Source: a virus (Duplodnaviria; Caudoviricetes). Taken from it: a DNA stretch of 64,000 nucleotides. The stretch's first letter is position 1; each line of letters begins with the position of its first letter. Positions 32,561-40,190 of this stretch are shown here, in pieces. Below the pieces are notes generated by a model, which was given only the letters and a program-made list of their open reading frames with translations, was not told the DNA's origin and ran no database searches. Both the position numbers and the translations under genes were made by a program. The stretch lies in IMG/VR virus record IMGVR_UViG_3300029705_000042; one strand, given 5' to 3'.

Positions 32561-32852
32561 CTTCGTTTCCTCCTTTTATTTTCCGTTTGATAACTCAAAT
32601 CATGAGAGGATAATTTTACTTGTTTTATCCTCTCAATCTTTCAATCATCAAAGCGTTTCCAAAAATTCGTTTACCTTTTTAAGTTCCGCTTCATCGGCTT
32701 TAACTTCAAAGTGTACCAAGTTGTAACAAGAGGATGGCTCAAAGTAAATTCCATTTTCTTTAAGATATACTTTAAGCTTTTCCGCATCTCCCTTGTTAAG
32801 CTCTACATTATAAAAGTTTTTCATGTTCCGTCAACTCCTATAAGTTTATGTT

Positions 32853-33407
32853 TTATTCCTCGTCCTCATAAGGTACATTGCATTTGATGTTGGTCAGCAC
32901 ATAACTCCAAGCAGTTCCATAATGAGTCACACCCCATACATACATATCAAGTTCCTCATTGTAGAATACAATCTCGTTGATTTCTTTGAGAATTTCCGCT
33001 CCATTGTCGCTTACAATGTAATACTGATAACATTCTTCGTTATAAGAATCTTCCTGCTCTTCTTCAAGCTCATTGATTTTATCTTGAAGTTCTTCCATCT
33101 TGCTTACCATAGCAAGATGTTTTTCACTGTTCTCAAAGCTTTCGTCTGCATCAATCATTTCGCTGATATCATACATAATGCTGTCGATTTCTTCCTGAAG
33201 TTCTTCGATTTCTTCCGTGTTGTCTACCATTCCGCTTTCCTGCTCCCAGTAGCCTATTTCATAGGTTTTCTGGATGATGTCGTTATTCAACACAGCATCA
33301 AAAGCTTTTGCCAAAGTTCCGTAATCAACATATCCGTTTTCCTGTCCGTATTCGCTGATTTCGTTTCCGTAAAAGTATTTTCCGTGTACCTGCATGTTGT
33401 TTTTCAA
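32853..33407 (-). CDS. Highly acidic hypothetical protein with coiled coil
   Basis: 184 aa, D/E-rich. Confidence 0.7.
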   Translation of the reverse strand: MKNNMQVHGKYFYGNEISEYGQENGYVDYGTLAKAFDAVLNNDIIQKTYEIGYWEQESGMVDNTEEIEELQEEIDSIMYDISEMIDADESFENSEKHLAMVSKMEELQDKINELEEEQEDSYNEECYQYYIVSDNGAEILKEINEIVFYNEELDMYVWGVTHYGTAWSYVLTNIKCNVPYEDEE

Positions 33408-33671
33408 CTCCTTATATTTATAATTTTATTTGTTGACTTGTTTATAGGACGATTTTTCAATCGTCCGTTATTTTTCTACATAATATAGAATGTAACCATA
33501 TTGAAAAGTGAATTTGTACTTAACCATTTTATACTCTGGATGTTCTTTCAACCAATCGTCCATCTCATACGCTTCTGCAAAGTAATATTTTACTTTGATT
33601 TCTTTTCCGTCTGTTGTTTTCATGATGAACACCATCCTTTGTGGTTATGGTCTTTCCTTATCCTCAAATAC

Positions 33672-33706
33672 AGTATAGCATACGAAACATACCTTGTCAA
33701 GTAGTT
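33672..33706 (-). promoter_or_regulatory. Sigma70/A-type promoter
   Basis: AACTAC-TTGACA-17-TATACT with extended TG. Confidence 0.75.
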
Positions 33707-33759
33707 TATTGAAATTTGTAAATTGTTTACAATTTGTTCACAATTTTATTTTCCATTGC

Positions 33760-33969
33760 TTAATCAATGGATTTTCCAATAGCATTCATACAAGCTTCAC
33801 GGAAGAATGTGTTTTTTGGAATATTATTTTCCTCGCAGTACGCTTCAATATCTTCCAACTCTGTGATTTTGAATAAAACTGTCTGGCGTTTATAATTTTT
33901 CTTTTCGTATTCTTTCCTTGCTTTTTTATTACACTCCATTTGATTCTTTTCTCTTATTGTCTTTGCCAT
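33760..33969 (-). CDS. Small ribbon-helix-helix-like protein
   Basis: YEKKNYKRQTVLF...IEAYCEENNIPKNTFFREA; start moved to 33969 (AGGAGG RBS). Confidence 0.55.
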   Translation of the reverse strand: MAKTIREKNQMECNKKARKEYEKKNYKRQTVLFKITELEDIEAYCEENNIPKNTFFREACMNAIGKSID

Positions 33970-33994
33970 AACAAATTTCCTCCTTTTCCATTTC

Positions 33995-34081
33995 AGCATA
34001 CCCACTACTTTAGATTTGTGGTGTGTAGCTTTAAACAGCGGATTTCTTGTAGCTTTCCGCTGTCCTATCAGCTTTTATGCT
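33995..34081 (-). ncRNA. Twister ribozyme, P5-type permutation (variant)
   Basis: P5 AGCATA/TATGCT, P2 AGCT/AGCT, GA-TAG pairing with CTA in loop 4 (TCTAAAGT), long closed P1, UAA cleavage loop at 34033-34031. Confidence 0.75.
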
Positions 34082-34278
34082 ATTATTATGTCGCTCATAT
34101 CCATTGGTTTTCCAACCTTATTCCATTGTGTTACGCTGATTTGATACCCTTCGCTTTCGGGGAATTTTTCTTTGAAAATCATATACATCCCTTCCGCTTG
34201 CGTTAAGCTTGTAATACTTCTTTCCGCTGTTGCAAAAAAGTGATAACCATTCTTTGAAACATTGATTTCATAATACAT
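34075..34278 (-). CDS. Hypothetical protein
   Basis: GGAGG RBS; the last codon and stop form part of the twister P5 stem. Confidence 0.7.
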   Translation of the reverse strand: MYYEINVSKNGYHFFATAERSITSLTQAEGMYMIFKEKFPESEGYQISVTQWNKVGKPMDMSDIIIA

Positions 34279-34291
34279 AATACTTTCCTCC

Positions 34292-34681
34292 TTATGCTTT
34301 CAAAGTTTCAACCAATTCAACAAGTTTATCATAAAAATCTTCCGAAACATAACCAGCAAGATAACCGCCAATCTCATTTATCCATTGATAGATAAATTCA
34401 TCTTCGTCATCTTCATACTGGCAACTTTCGTACCAATTTTCTTTGGTAAACTCTTTGAATTTTTCCATATTGTTTGTGATAAGTTCCGTCCACTTCACAA
34501 TTAAAATATCGTCGTTCTGTTCTTCCAATTCGACTTTCTTCATCAGTTCAATGCAGAATTTATCATAATTATCTTCCGCATCTTCTTCGTCAATGTAGCA
34601 AACAGTAACTCCAGTATCAAAAACTGTGTCGCAGGTATCGTAATCGTTCTGGGAGATTTTCATAAAGTCATATAATTTCAT
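34292..34681 (-). CDS. Acidic hypothetical protein
   Basis: 129-aa ORF with RBS. Confidence 0.7.
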   Translation of the reverse strand: MKLYDFMKISQNDYDTCDTVFDTGVTVCYIDEEDAEDNYDKFCIELMKKVELEEQNDDILIVKWTELITNNMEKFKEFTKENWYESCQYEDDEDEFIYQWINEIGGYLAGYVSEDFYDKLVELVETLKA

Positions 34682-34710
34682 ATAATTTTCCTTCCTTCTC
34701 TTTTTATTTT

Positions 34711-34787
34711 AGCACCTACCTACTTTGGATATGGTAGTGTAGCTTTACTACGGAAAATAAATTTTCCGTAGCCATCAGCCTTATGCC
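34711..34787 (-). ncRNA. Twister ribozyme, P5-type permutation (variant)
   Basis: GGCAT..GGCT-GA-TGG-[P1 CTACGGAAAAT/ATTTTCCGTAG]-TAA-AGCT-AC-[P4 CTACC ATATCCAAAGTA GGTAG]-GTGCT; TGG/CCA covaries with TAG/CTA of the sister copy. Confidence 0.75.
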
Positions 34788-35986
34788 TTGATAGTACATC
34801 TTGTCAGCTCTGTCTGTTTGACTCCCTTGTACTCATTGTGCGCTTTAATTGTTCCCTTGATTTTCCCTTTAAAATCGTCTTGCAACCAATTTGAAGTTTT
34901 CCATGTGAAAATGTTTCCATTTTCATCAACGATTTTGTAAATTGTGACAGTACCAAAATCGGTTGACCAACTTGTTAAAGCCTTAACAAGTGATACACAA
35001 AATTCAATTCTATCACCAATCTTTCCAACATGAGCGGAAATTTCTCGCTCTTTTTGTTTTTCTTCTTCCAATTTTCTACGCTGGGATTCTTTTTCAAGCT
35101 CCTTATCATAAGTAGGAAGAAGAGAAACCAAAATACCGATTTGTCCATAATTAACAAATCTCAAACTTCCGACAACCTTCAAATTATGCATATAATTTCC
35201 GTTGCCTTCTTGATTTGCCAACCATTCAAGAGCAGATTTTGCGATTCTTTCCGCTTTTGCGCTATGTGCATCGAATGCAACTCTTCGCATTTCTTCCTCG
35301 CATTGCTCCTCCATCTCTTTGCTCATCGGAAGACCTCCATGCTCTACAAAGTAGTAGTCCATAGTTTGCTTTTTGGTATTTCGTTCACTTGTGTTATATG
35401 CAGGGATATAACCAAAATGACGAATGGTTTCGCTTGCGTAACATAAGATTTCAAAAGTATCATAATATCTTTGCATTGTACCAAGATTATTGACTTCCTC
35501 ACCTTGAATAAGTTCGTCAAAATAGGCAATATACCTTGCTATATTTTCCGCACTCATTCCGTTTGTAAAGTCCTTCAAACAAGCCTTTCCAACCTGCTTG
35601 AATTCTCCATTTTCGGTATTCTGCACAATATAAGTATATTTCCGTACTCTGTTACTATTGCAATGTTCACAAATCGGGTCAGCATTGTAGTAATTTTCTG
35701 GAATTTCAATTTCAGCGGATTCTACCGACTTTTTGAAGATATTTCCTTTTTCGGTATGCTCTACCGTTGCAATGAATTTCCAGTTATTAATGATTGCCGT
35801 TCCACTTGCTTCTACTATGATGAATTTTGCGGTGTATGTTTTGCCATTTTCCATCTTGACTTCTTTAAACTCTTCGCCAATCCGTTCATAGTGAAAATCA
35901 CAACCGTATTTTTCACACTTGTTTCGGATAGCGTTCAACTTCTTTTCAAGTCTTTCCAGATTTCCTTCAAAAATAGAATATTGCAT
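34781..35986 (-). CDS. Phage protein with CxxC Zn site and C-terminal OB-fold-like domain
   Basis: CEHC, VGKACLKDF, and C-terminal HVGKIGDR...WKTS...IKGTIKAH...KQTELTRC. Confidence 0.7.
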   Translation of the reverse strand: MQYSIFEGNLERLEKKLNAIRNKCEKYGCDFHYERIGEEFKEVKMENGKTYTAKFIIVEASGTAIINNWKFIATVEHTEKGNIFKKSVESAEIEIPENYYNADPICEHCNSNRVRKYTYIVQNTENGEFKQVGKACLKDFTNGMSAENIARYIAYFDELIQGEEVNNLGTMQRYYDTFEILCYASETIRHFGYIPAYNTSERNTKKQTMDYYFVEHGGLPMSKEMEEQCEEEMRRVAFDAHSAKAERIAKSALEWLANQEGNGNYMHNLKVVGSLRFVNYGQIGILVSLLPTYDKELEKESQRRKLEEEKQKEREISAHVGKIGDRIEFCVSLVKALTSWSTDFGTVTIYKIVDENGNIFTWKTSNWLQDDFKGKIKGTIKAHNEYKGVKQTELTRCTIKA

Positions 35987-36024
35987 AGCTCCCTCCGTTT
36001 TTATTTTCCTTTTCTTTTTAATTC

Positions 36025-36103
36025 AGCATACCGCTTACTTTGGATATAGCGGTGTACCTTTAACAAGACAGATATTTCCGTCTTGCCCATCAGGGTTTAT
36101 GCT
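36025..36103 (-). ncRNA. Twister ribozyme, P5-type permutation (variant)
   Basis: AGCATA..CCCT-GA-TGG-[P1 GCAAGACGGA/TCTGTCTTGT]-TAA-AGGT-AC-[P4 ACCGCT ATATCCAAAGTA AGCGGT]-ATGCT. Confidence 0.75.
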
Positions 36104-36186
36104 TTGTTTAATTCTTCATCCAACTCTTTTAAAGCTTGTTCAAGTTCTTTTAAGAGTTGGTAGGTGTATAAGTCATAGACTTTCAT
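36097..36186 (-). CDS. 29-aa micropeptide
   Basis: MKVYDLYTYQLLKELEQALKELDEELNKA behind a GGGAGG RBS. Confidence 0.6.
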   Translation of the reverse strand: MKVYDLYTYQLLKELEQALKELDEELNKA

Positions 36187-36216
36187 TTTTTTACACCTCC
36201 CAGATAAAATTCTCCG

Positions 36217-36552
36217 TCAAGCTTCGTTGTGTTTGTCAATGATTTTCTGCAAGTCTGGCGTGATATTTTCCAAGACAGTATAGCCGTTTGCTTCTAACGC
36301 TTCTTCCATACCTTCTTTAATAAAATACTGTGTAACATCTTCAAATTGAATATCTTCCACGAAATTGTTTGCACCTACCCAGCCTTGTACATCATTTTCG
36401 TCGGGATTTACATAATCCCAACCAGCAACAAGCTCAAGATTAATTAAAATATATTCCGTATTGCCGTATGTTTCAAATTCTCCTACCTTGTAAACAAGAT
36501 TCCCAGTATCATTGACAACATAGAATTTATGATTTTCAAGATAATGTTTCAT
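36217..36552 (-). CDS. Acidic hypothetical protein
   Basis: 111-aa ORF. Confidence 0.7.
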   Translation of the reverse strand: MKHYLENHKFYVVNDTGNLVYKVGEFETYGNTEYILINLELVAGWDYVNPDENDVQGWVGANNFVEDIQFEDVTQYFIKEGMEEALEANGYTVLENITPDLQKIIDKHNEA

Positions 36553-36587
36553 AATTTATTCCTTCTCTCTTTTTATTTTTGTGGCTT

Positions 36588-36655
36588 CCCACTACACCCA
36601 GCGGAATTTTCCGCTGAATGTTTCGGCTGGTTGCCGTCCAGCCTCATCAGGTAGG
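36588..36655 (-). ncRNA. Type I hammerhead ribozyme (GUA site)
   Basis: CCTAC-CTGATGA-[GGCTGG..CCAGCC]-GAAA-[CATTCAGCGG..CCGCTGGGTG]-TA|GTGGG. Confidence 0.9.
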
Positions 36656-37198
36656 TCAATGTGCATACTCATAAACTGCTTCTCCGTTTGAGAAAATTCC
36701 AAGGCAATGCAATTCTCTCCATCCGTATTCGGGAGCAACCTTTTCCATCCAACGATTGATTTTGCGAATTTCCGCATCATACTTGCGAATTGCTTGACTT
36801 CTACACATATCATAGTAGTATCTGCAATCCTCATTGTCTAGTTCGTGCGGATTTTCCTTTTCTTCCACGAAAAGCTGAATACCTGTATAATATCCGCTTT
36901 TGAAAACGATTTTGTGGAATGTTAGAGTATCGTTCAATTCTTCCATCTTGTCTTTAAATCCGTCATAACCATTGATAATGTCATCATAGAATGTTTCATT
37001 CCATAAATCCATTGTTTCATTATAGGATTTTTCCAGAATGTGTTTTTTCCATTCGTCAGAAACAGCGACTTCATATTCAGGATAATAATACTCATCATAC
37101 TGAAATTCTTCCGCTTCATATTCTTCCAAACTGATAGGCTCAAAGGCTTGAATGTAAAGGCTAAAATTTTTCTGGGTATAAAAGTTTGGTGTACTCAT
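36656..37198 (-). CDS. Acidic hypothetical protein
   Basis: Likely start MSTPNFY at 37198; the upstream part of the track ORF is ribozyme sequence. Confidence 0.7.
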   Translation of the reverse strand: MSTPNFYTQKNFSLYIQAFEPISLEEYEAEEFQYDEYYYPEYEVAVSDEWKKHILEKSYNETMDLWNETFYDDIINGYDGFKDKMEELNDTLTFHKIVFKSGYYTGIQLFVEEKENPHELDNEDCRYYYDMCRSQAIRKYDAEIRKINRWMEKVAPEYGWRELHCLGIFSNGEAVYEYAH

Positions 37199-37233
37199 AA
37201 TATACCATCCTTCCTTTTCTCTTTTTAGTGATT

Positions 37234-37299
37234 TCTCACGACAAGAGGAAATTTTCCTCTTGTTTCGGACGGTCATCATCCGTCCATCATCAGGTGAGA
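37234..37299 (-). ncRNA. Type I hammerhead ribozyme (GUC site)
   Basis: TCTCAC-CTGATGA-T-[GGACGG..CCGTCC]-GAAA-[CAAGAGGAA..TTCCTCTTG]-TC|GTGAGA. Confidence 0.92.
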
Positions 37300-37302
37300 T
37301 TT

Positions 37303-37644
37303 TCAATAAATATCAACCGAAAAATCCGTTTCATTGTCACCATCGAAAAGCTCTTCATATCCTGCTTTGTTGTATTCTGCGGAAATAATAATCCAGTTGA
37401 TTTCTTCCGTATAGACAATTTCTCCAAACTGTTCCAGATATTCTTTGATACTTTCCGCATCCTTCGGTCTACAAGTGACATATACATCGTTTCCGCTGTC
37501 ATTTTCCACCTTGTAGAACATATCAGGATATTCCCTTGCATTATTCCATATATGCAAGAATGACAACGCATATTTCTGTACACCACCTTCAAGACGGACG
37601 GTGATTCGGATTGCTTTTTCTTTTTCATAGAACAAATTAATCAT
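37303..37644 (-). CDS. Hypothetical protein, paralog of 23949-24278
   Basis: See 23949. Confidence 0.7.
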   Translation of the reverse strand: MINLFYEKEKAIRITVRLEGGVQKYALSFLHIWNNAREYPDMFYKVENDSGNDVYVTCRPKDAESIKEYLEQFGEIVYTEEINWIIISAEYNKAGYEELFDGDNETDFSVDIY

Positions 37645-37680
37645 GATTTTTTCCTTTTCTTTTTTAAATTTTTGTAGTTT

Positions 37681-37739
37681 CCTACGACACGGATTTCTCC
37701 GTGTTTCGACAAGTAACTATCTTGTCATCATCAGGTAGG
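37681..37739 (-). ncRNA. Type I hammerhead ribozyme (GUC site)
   Basis: CCTAC-CTGATGA-T-[GACAAG..CTTGTC]-GAAA-[CACGG..CCGTG]-TC|GTAGG. Confidence 0.92.
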
Positions 37740-37741
37740 TT

Positions 37742-38113
37742 TCAAATTTCACAGCAAGTTAAATTCCAAGCGTTTCCAAGCTCGTAATATAATCCGTATT
37801 TTCCAAGAATTTTGGAAAATTCCATCTCAAATTTTGCTCCCCAGTATCCATTTAATACTTCGTATAAACTTCCTTCAAAGCTCATACTCAAAATATTTGG
37901 CTCTGCGACATACTCAAAATAATCCTTCGGGTTTGCCTCATACTCAAAATATTTATTTTGGTTATAGCAAAATTCTGTTCCGTCCTTGCTATTTGTGCTC
38001 CAGCATTTTCCATTAAAATAAATGTGTACATCAATCCACAATTCATTTTTAATCAAAAATGCGTGAATTTCCTTTGCTAACTGTTCAATTTTTTTATGCT
38101 GTTTTGCATTCAT
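37742..38113 (-). CDS. Hypothetical protein
   Basis: Likely start MNAKQHK at 38113, downstream of a hammerhead. Confidence 0.7.
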   Translation of the reverse strand: MNAKQHKKIEQLAKEIHAFLIKNELWIDVHIYFNGKCWSTNSKDGTEFCYNQNKYFEYEANPKDYFEYVAEPNILSMSFEGSLYEVLNGYWGAKFEMEFSKILGKYGLYYELGNAWNLTCCEI

Positions 38114-38146
38114 TTTTGACAGCTCCCTTTTCGCTTTTATGTGGTT

Positions 38147-38202
38147 TTCCACGACGCTCCAAGCGTTTCGGCAAGTGACCAACTTGCCATCGTCAGGTGG
38201 AA
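38147..38202 (-). ncRNA. Type I hammerhead ribozyme (GUC site)
   Basis: TTCCAC-CTGACGA-T-[GGCAAG..CTTGCC]-GAAA-[CGC..GCG]-TC|GTGGAA. Confidence 0.9.
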
Positions 38203-38203
38203 T

Positions 38204-38320
38204 TTACTTTTGTCCGTCAAATTTACAAATACCTTCTTTGACAGCTTCTTTTGCGATTTCTCCCTTGCCAGTAGTCAGGAAGATAATCCAATTCAAGATT
38301 GATTTTAGTACTTTTTTCAT
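38204..38320 (-). CDS. 38-aa micropeptide
   Basis: MKKVLKSILNWIIFLTTGKGEIAKEAVKEGICKFDGQK; ATGA-coupled to the upstream gene. Confidence 0.6.
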   Translation of the reverse strand: MKKVLKSILNWIIFLTTGKGEIAKEAVKEGICKFDGQK

Positions 38321-38523
38321 ACGATTTTTCCTCCGCATTTAATAATACTTGCAATTATAACCATTGTTTCGGATTCTCCGAAGTGCATTCTATAACGCAA
38401 CATGTTATATATTTCTTCAAATGATATGGGATTACCAGATAATGTATTTCCGAAGTATGCAGTATTATCTTTGTTTGCGTTAATAATCTGTTCACATTCT
38501 TTTTTCGTCCAATGATTTTTCAT
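38317..38523 (-). CDS. Hypothetical protein
   Basis: 68-aa ORF directly downstream of a pistol ribozyme. Confidence 0.65.
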   Translation of the reverse strand: MKNHWTKKECEQIINANKDNTAYFGNTLSGNPISFEEIYNMLRYRMHFGESETMVIIASIIKCGGKIV

Positions 38524-38557
38524 ATGATTTTTTCCTTTTCTTTTTATTCAGGTTTTC

Positions 38558-38627
38558 ACCTACCCCAGCGGATAAAACCGCTGGACGCTCACGGCTTAAA
38601 GGTCTGTTTATACTTGCCGTGACAAGT
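38558..38627 (-). ncRNA. Pistol ribozyme
   Basis: P1 ACTTG/CAAGT whose loop pairs with GCCGTG, ATAAACAG linker, P2 ACCT/AGGT, TTAA-GCCGTG-AGCG, P3 TCCAGCGG/CCGCTGGG, G|U site. Confidence 0.88.
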
Positions 38628-38629
38628 TT

Positions 38630-38986
38630 TTAAAGCATCGTGTAAAGCTCTTGCAGGTCTGCATAAAATACAGGTTTGTTTTCGGCAAGGTCTTGCATCA
38701 TGACAGCTTCTTTTGCTCCCGTCATACGCTTTATATTGTGCTTGCGTTTGTATGCTTCTCTAAAGTCTGCAAATTCAGCATCAAGCAAAGCATAAACGCA
38801 TCTTTTCATGACGGATTGATAACAGTATGATTCCCAAGTACGATTATAGTACTGAACTTTTGCCTCGCCTATCAAACTACCGTTTTTATACAGTTTTGTT
38901 TCATGTACAAAACCAGAACGATTTGAACGATAGGAATTGACAAATTCATACTCATTATTGTTTATAATCTTTGTTGTAGTACTCAT
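38630..38986 (-). CDS. Hypothetical protein
   Basis: Likely start MSTTTK at 38986, downstream of a hammerhead. Confidence 0.7.
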   Translation of the reverse strand: MSTTTKIINNNEYEFVNSYRSNRSGFVHETKLYKNGSLIGEAKVQYYNRTWESYCYQSVMKRCVYALLDAEFADFREAYKRKHNIKRMTGAKEAVMMQDLAENKPVFYADLQELYTML

Positions 38987-39010
38987 AATATAGCACCTTC
39001 CTTTTCTTTT

Positions 39011-39072
39011 AATCTGGACGCCTTGACTTGCAAGGCGTTTCGTCTTAATTTTCAAAGACTCATCAGCAGATT
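39011..39072 (-). ncRNA. Type I hammerhead ribozyme (GUC site)
   Basis: AATCTG-CTGATGA-[GTCTT..AAGAC]-GAAA-[CGCCTTG..CAAGGCG]-TC|CAGATT. Confidence 0.93.
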
Positions 39073-39073
39073 T

Positions 39074-39325
39074 TTATATTACGCTTAATTCTTTTAATGC
39101 TTTTTTGCCTAGCGTATAAATATGCGTATCATCACAATTATATTTTTCATACCATTCGCACATAGTATTTGAGCCTATAAAAGCACGGAGACAGTCAAAA
39201 GTTAAACGCTTTTCAAAGTCGTTATATTGACCGCTTGCCTTTAGTTTTGGAGCGTATTCTTTGATTTTATCAATATGCTTTTCAAATTGATTTTTTACAA
39301 ATTCAAATTCATTTTGAAGCTTCAT
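39074..39325 (-). CDS. Hypothetical protein
   Basis: 83-aa ORF between two ribozymes. Confidence 0.7.
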   Translation of the reverse strand: MKLQNEFEFVKNQFEKHIDKIKEYAPKLKASGQYNDFEKRLTFDCLRAFIGSNTMCEWYEKYNCDDTHIYTLGKKALKELSVI

Positions 39326-39360
39326 GACTTATACCTTCCTTTTCTTTTTATTGAGTTTTC

Positions 39361-39431
39361 GCTCATCCCAGCCTTTATTGAGGCTGGACGCTCCCAGCTT
39401 AAGAGCCTATTTTTAATCGCTGGGACGATTA
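39361..39431 (-). ncRNA. Pistol ribozyme
   Basis: P1 TAATCG/CGATTA whose loop pairs with GCTGGG, AAAATAG linker, P2 GCTC/GAGC, TTAA-GCTGGG-AGCG, P3 TCCAGCC/GGCTGGG, A|U site. Confidence 0.85.
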
Positions 39432-39434
39432 TTT

Positions 39435-39704
39435 TTAACAAGTAATTAAATAACTATTTTTTGTAGTTACAATACGCCAGCCGTTTTTTACTTGCCAAGA
39501 TACTGTATATTGATAATCGTTATAACTGCAAATATGAAAGTTTTTGCCGTGTTCTGCTGAACACTTAAAAATTAAATCAATGAAAATATGATTTTCTAAA
39601 GGCGTATAACTTGAATAAATGTCATCAATCAAAAAGCCTTTGTCTTGTTTGGCTAGTTTAATCATTGCCTGACCTTTATGCGTTTTGCCGTCGATAACTT
39701 TCAT
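39435..39704 (-). CDS. Hypothetical protein
   Basis: 89-aa ORF between two ribozymes. Confidence 0.7.
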   Translation of the reverse strand: MKVIDGKTHKGQAMIKLAKQDKGFLIDDIYSSYTPLENHIFIDLIFKCSAEHGKNFHICSYNDYQYTVSWQVKNGWRIVTTKNSYLITC

Positions 39705-39740
39705 TTTTGACAGCTCCCTTTTCTCTTTTTATAGGATTTT

Positions 39741-39796
39741 ATCCCGACGCCCGTGCTGGGCGTTTCGTCGTAATTTTCAACGACTCATCAGGGGAT
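39741..39796 (-). ncRNA. Type I hammerhead ribozyme (GUC site)
   Basis: ATCCC-CTGATGA-[GTCGT..ACGAC]-GAAA-[CGCCC..GGGCG]-TC|GGGAT. Confidence 0.93.
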
Positions 39797-39807
39797 TTTA
39801 CGGGGAA

Positions 39808-40161
39808 TTATATAAAATACATTTCCCCGTTAATCTCAAGAGCAACAGCATCCTGATTCAATTCTGTTTTTACTGTCTCGCAAAAATCAATTACTTTTTC
39901 GATATTGTTTTGTAAATCTGTATCGCTACAATATGCAAATACCATTGTTGAACGTTCTTTTACTAAACCAGCAGAAGGGCTTACCCAGTATCCCAGAGCC
40001 TCGCAAGATGTAGCACCGCCGAAAGACTCGGAAAGTAAAACAGCGCAAGCATCAATATATTTTTTTGTGTTTGCTGTCTGGTTTATATCTACTGTTGACG
40101 GGATATAAACTGTAATTTTGCTAGACAATTTAAACATATTTTTTAATTTTGCGTTCATCAT
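39808..40161 (-). CDS. Hypothetical protein (DUF3574-like)
   Basis: FGGAT...GYWV...LVKE...ELNQDAVALE pattern; first gene of the early transcript. Confidence 0.6.
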   Translation of the reverse strand: MMNAKLKNMFKLSSKITVYIPSTVDINQTANTKKYIDACAVLLSESFGGATSCEALGYWVSPSAGLVKERSTMVFAYCSDTDLQNNIEKVIDFCETVKTELNQDAVALEINGEMYFI

Positions 40162-40190
40162 TTTTGACCGCCTCCATTATCTTTTTATTT

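Noticed and set aside
33472-33497. dif-like XerCD site (TACATAATATA)
   Set aside because: Only part of one arm resembles Firmicute dif, and the background is very AT-rich.
33995-36103. Reading the three CTGAT(A/G)G...TAAA elements as degenerate hammerheads
   Set aside because: They lack the GAAA/UH core. The TAG/CTA vs TGG/CCA covariation, UAA loop and P5 closure fit twister topology instead.
36592-39055. Track ORFs that run through ribozymes (36592-36834, 37290-37628, and the 5' extensions of 36656, 37742 and 38630)
   Set aside because: They overlap structured RNAs or real genes in another frame, and better RBS-preceded starts lie downstream of each ribozyme.
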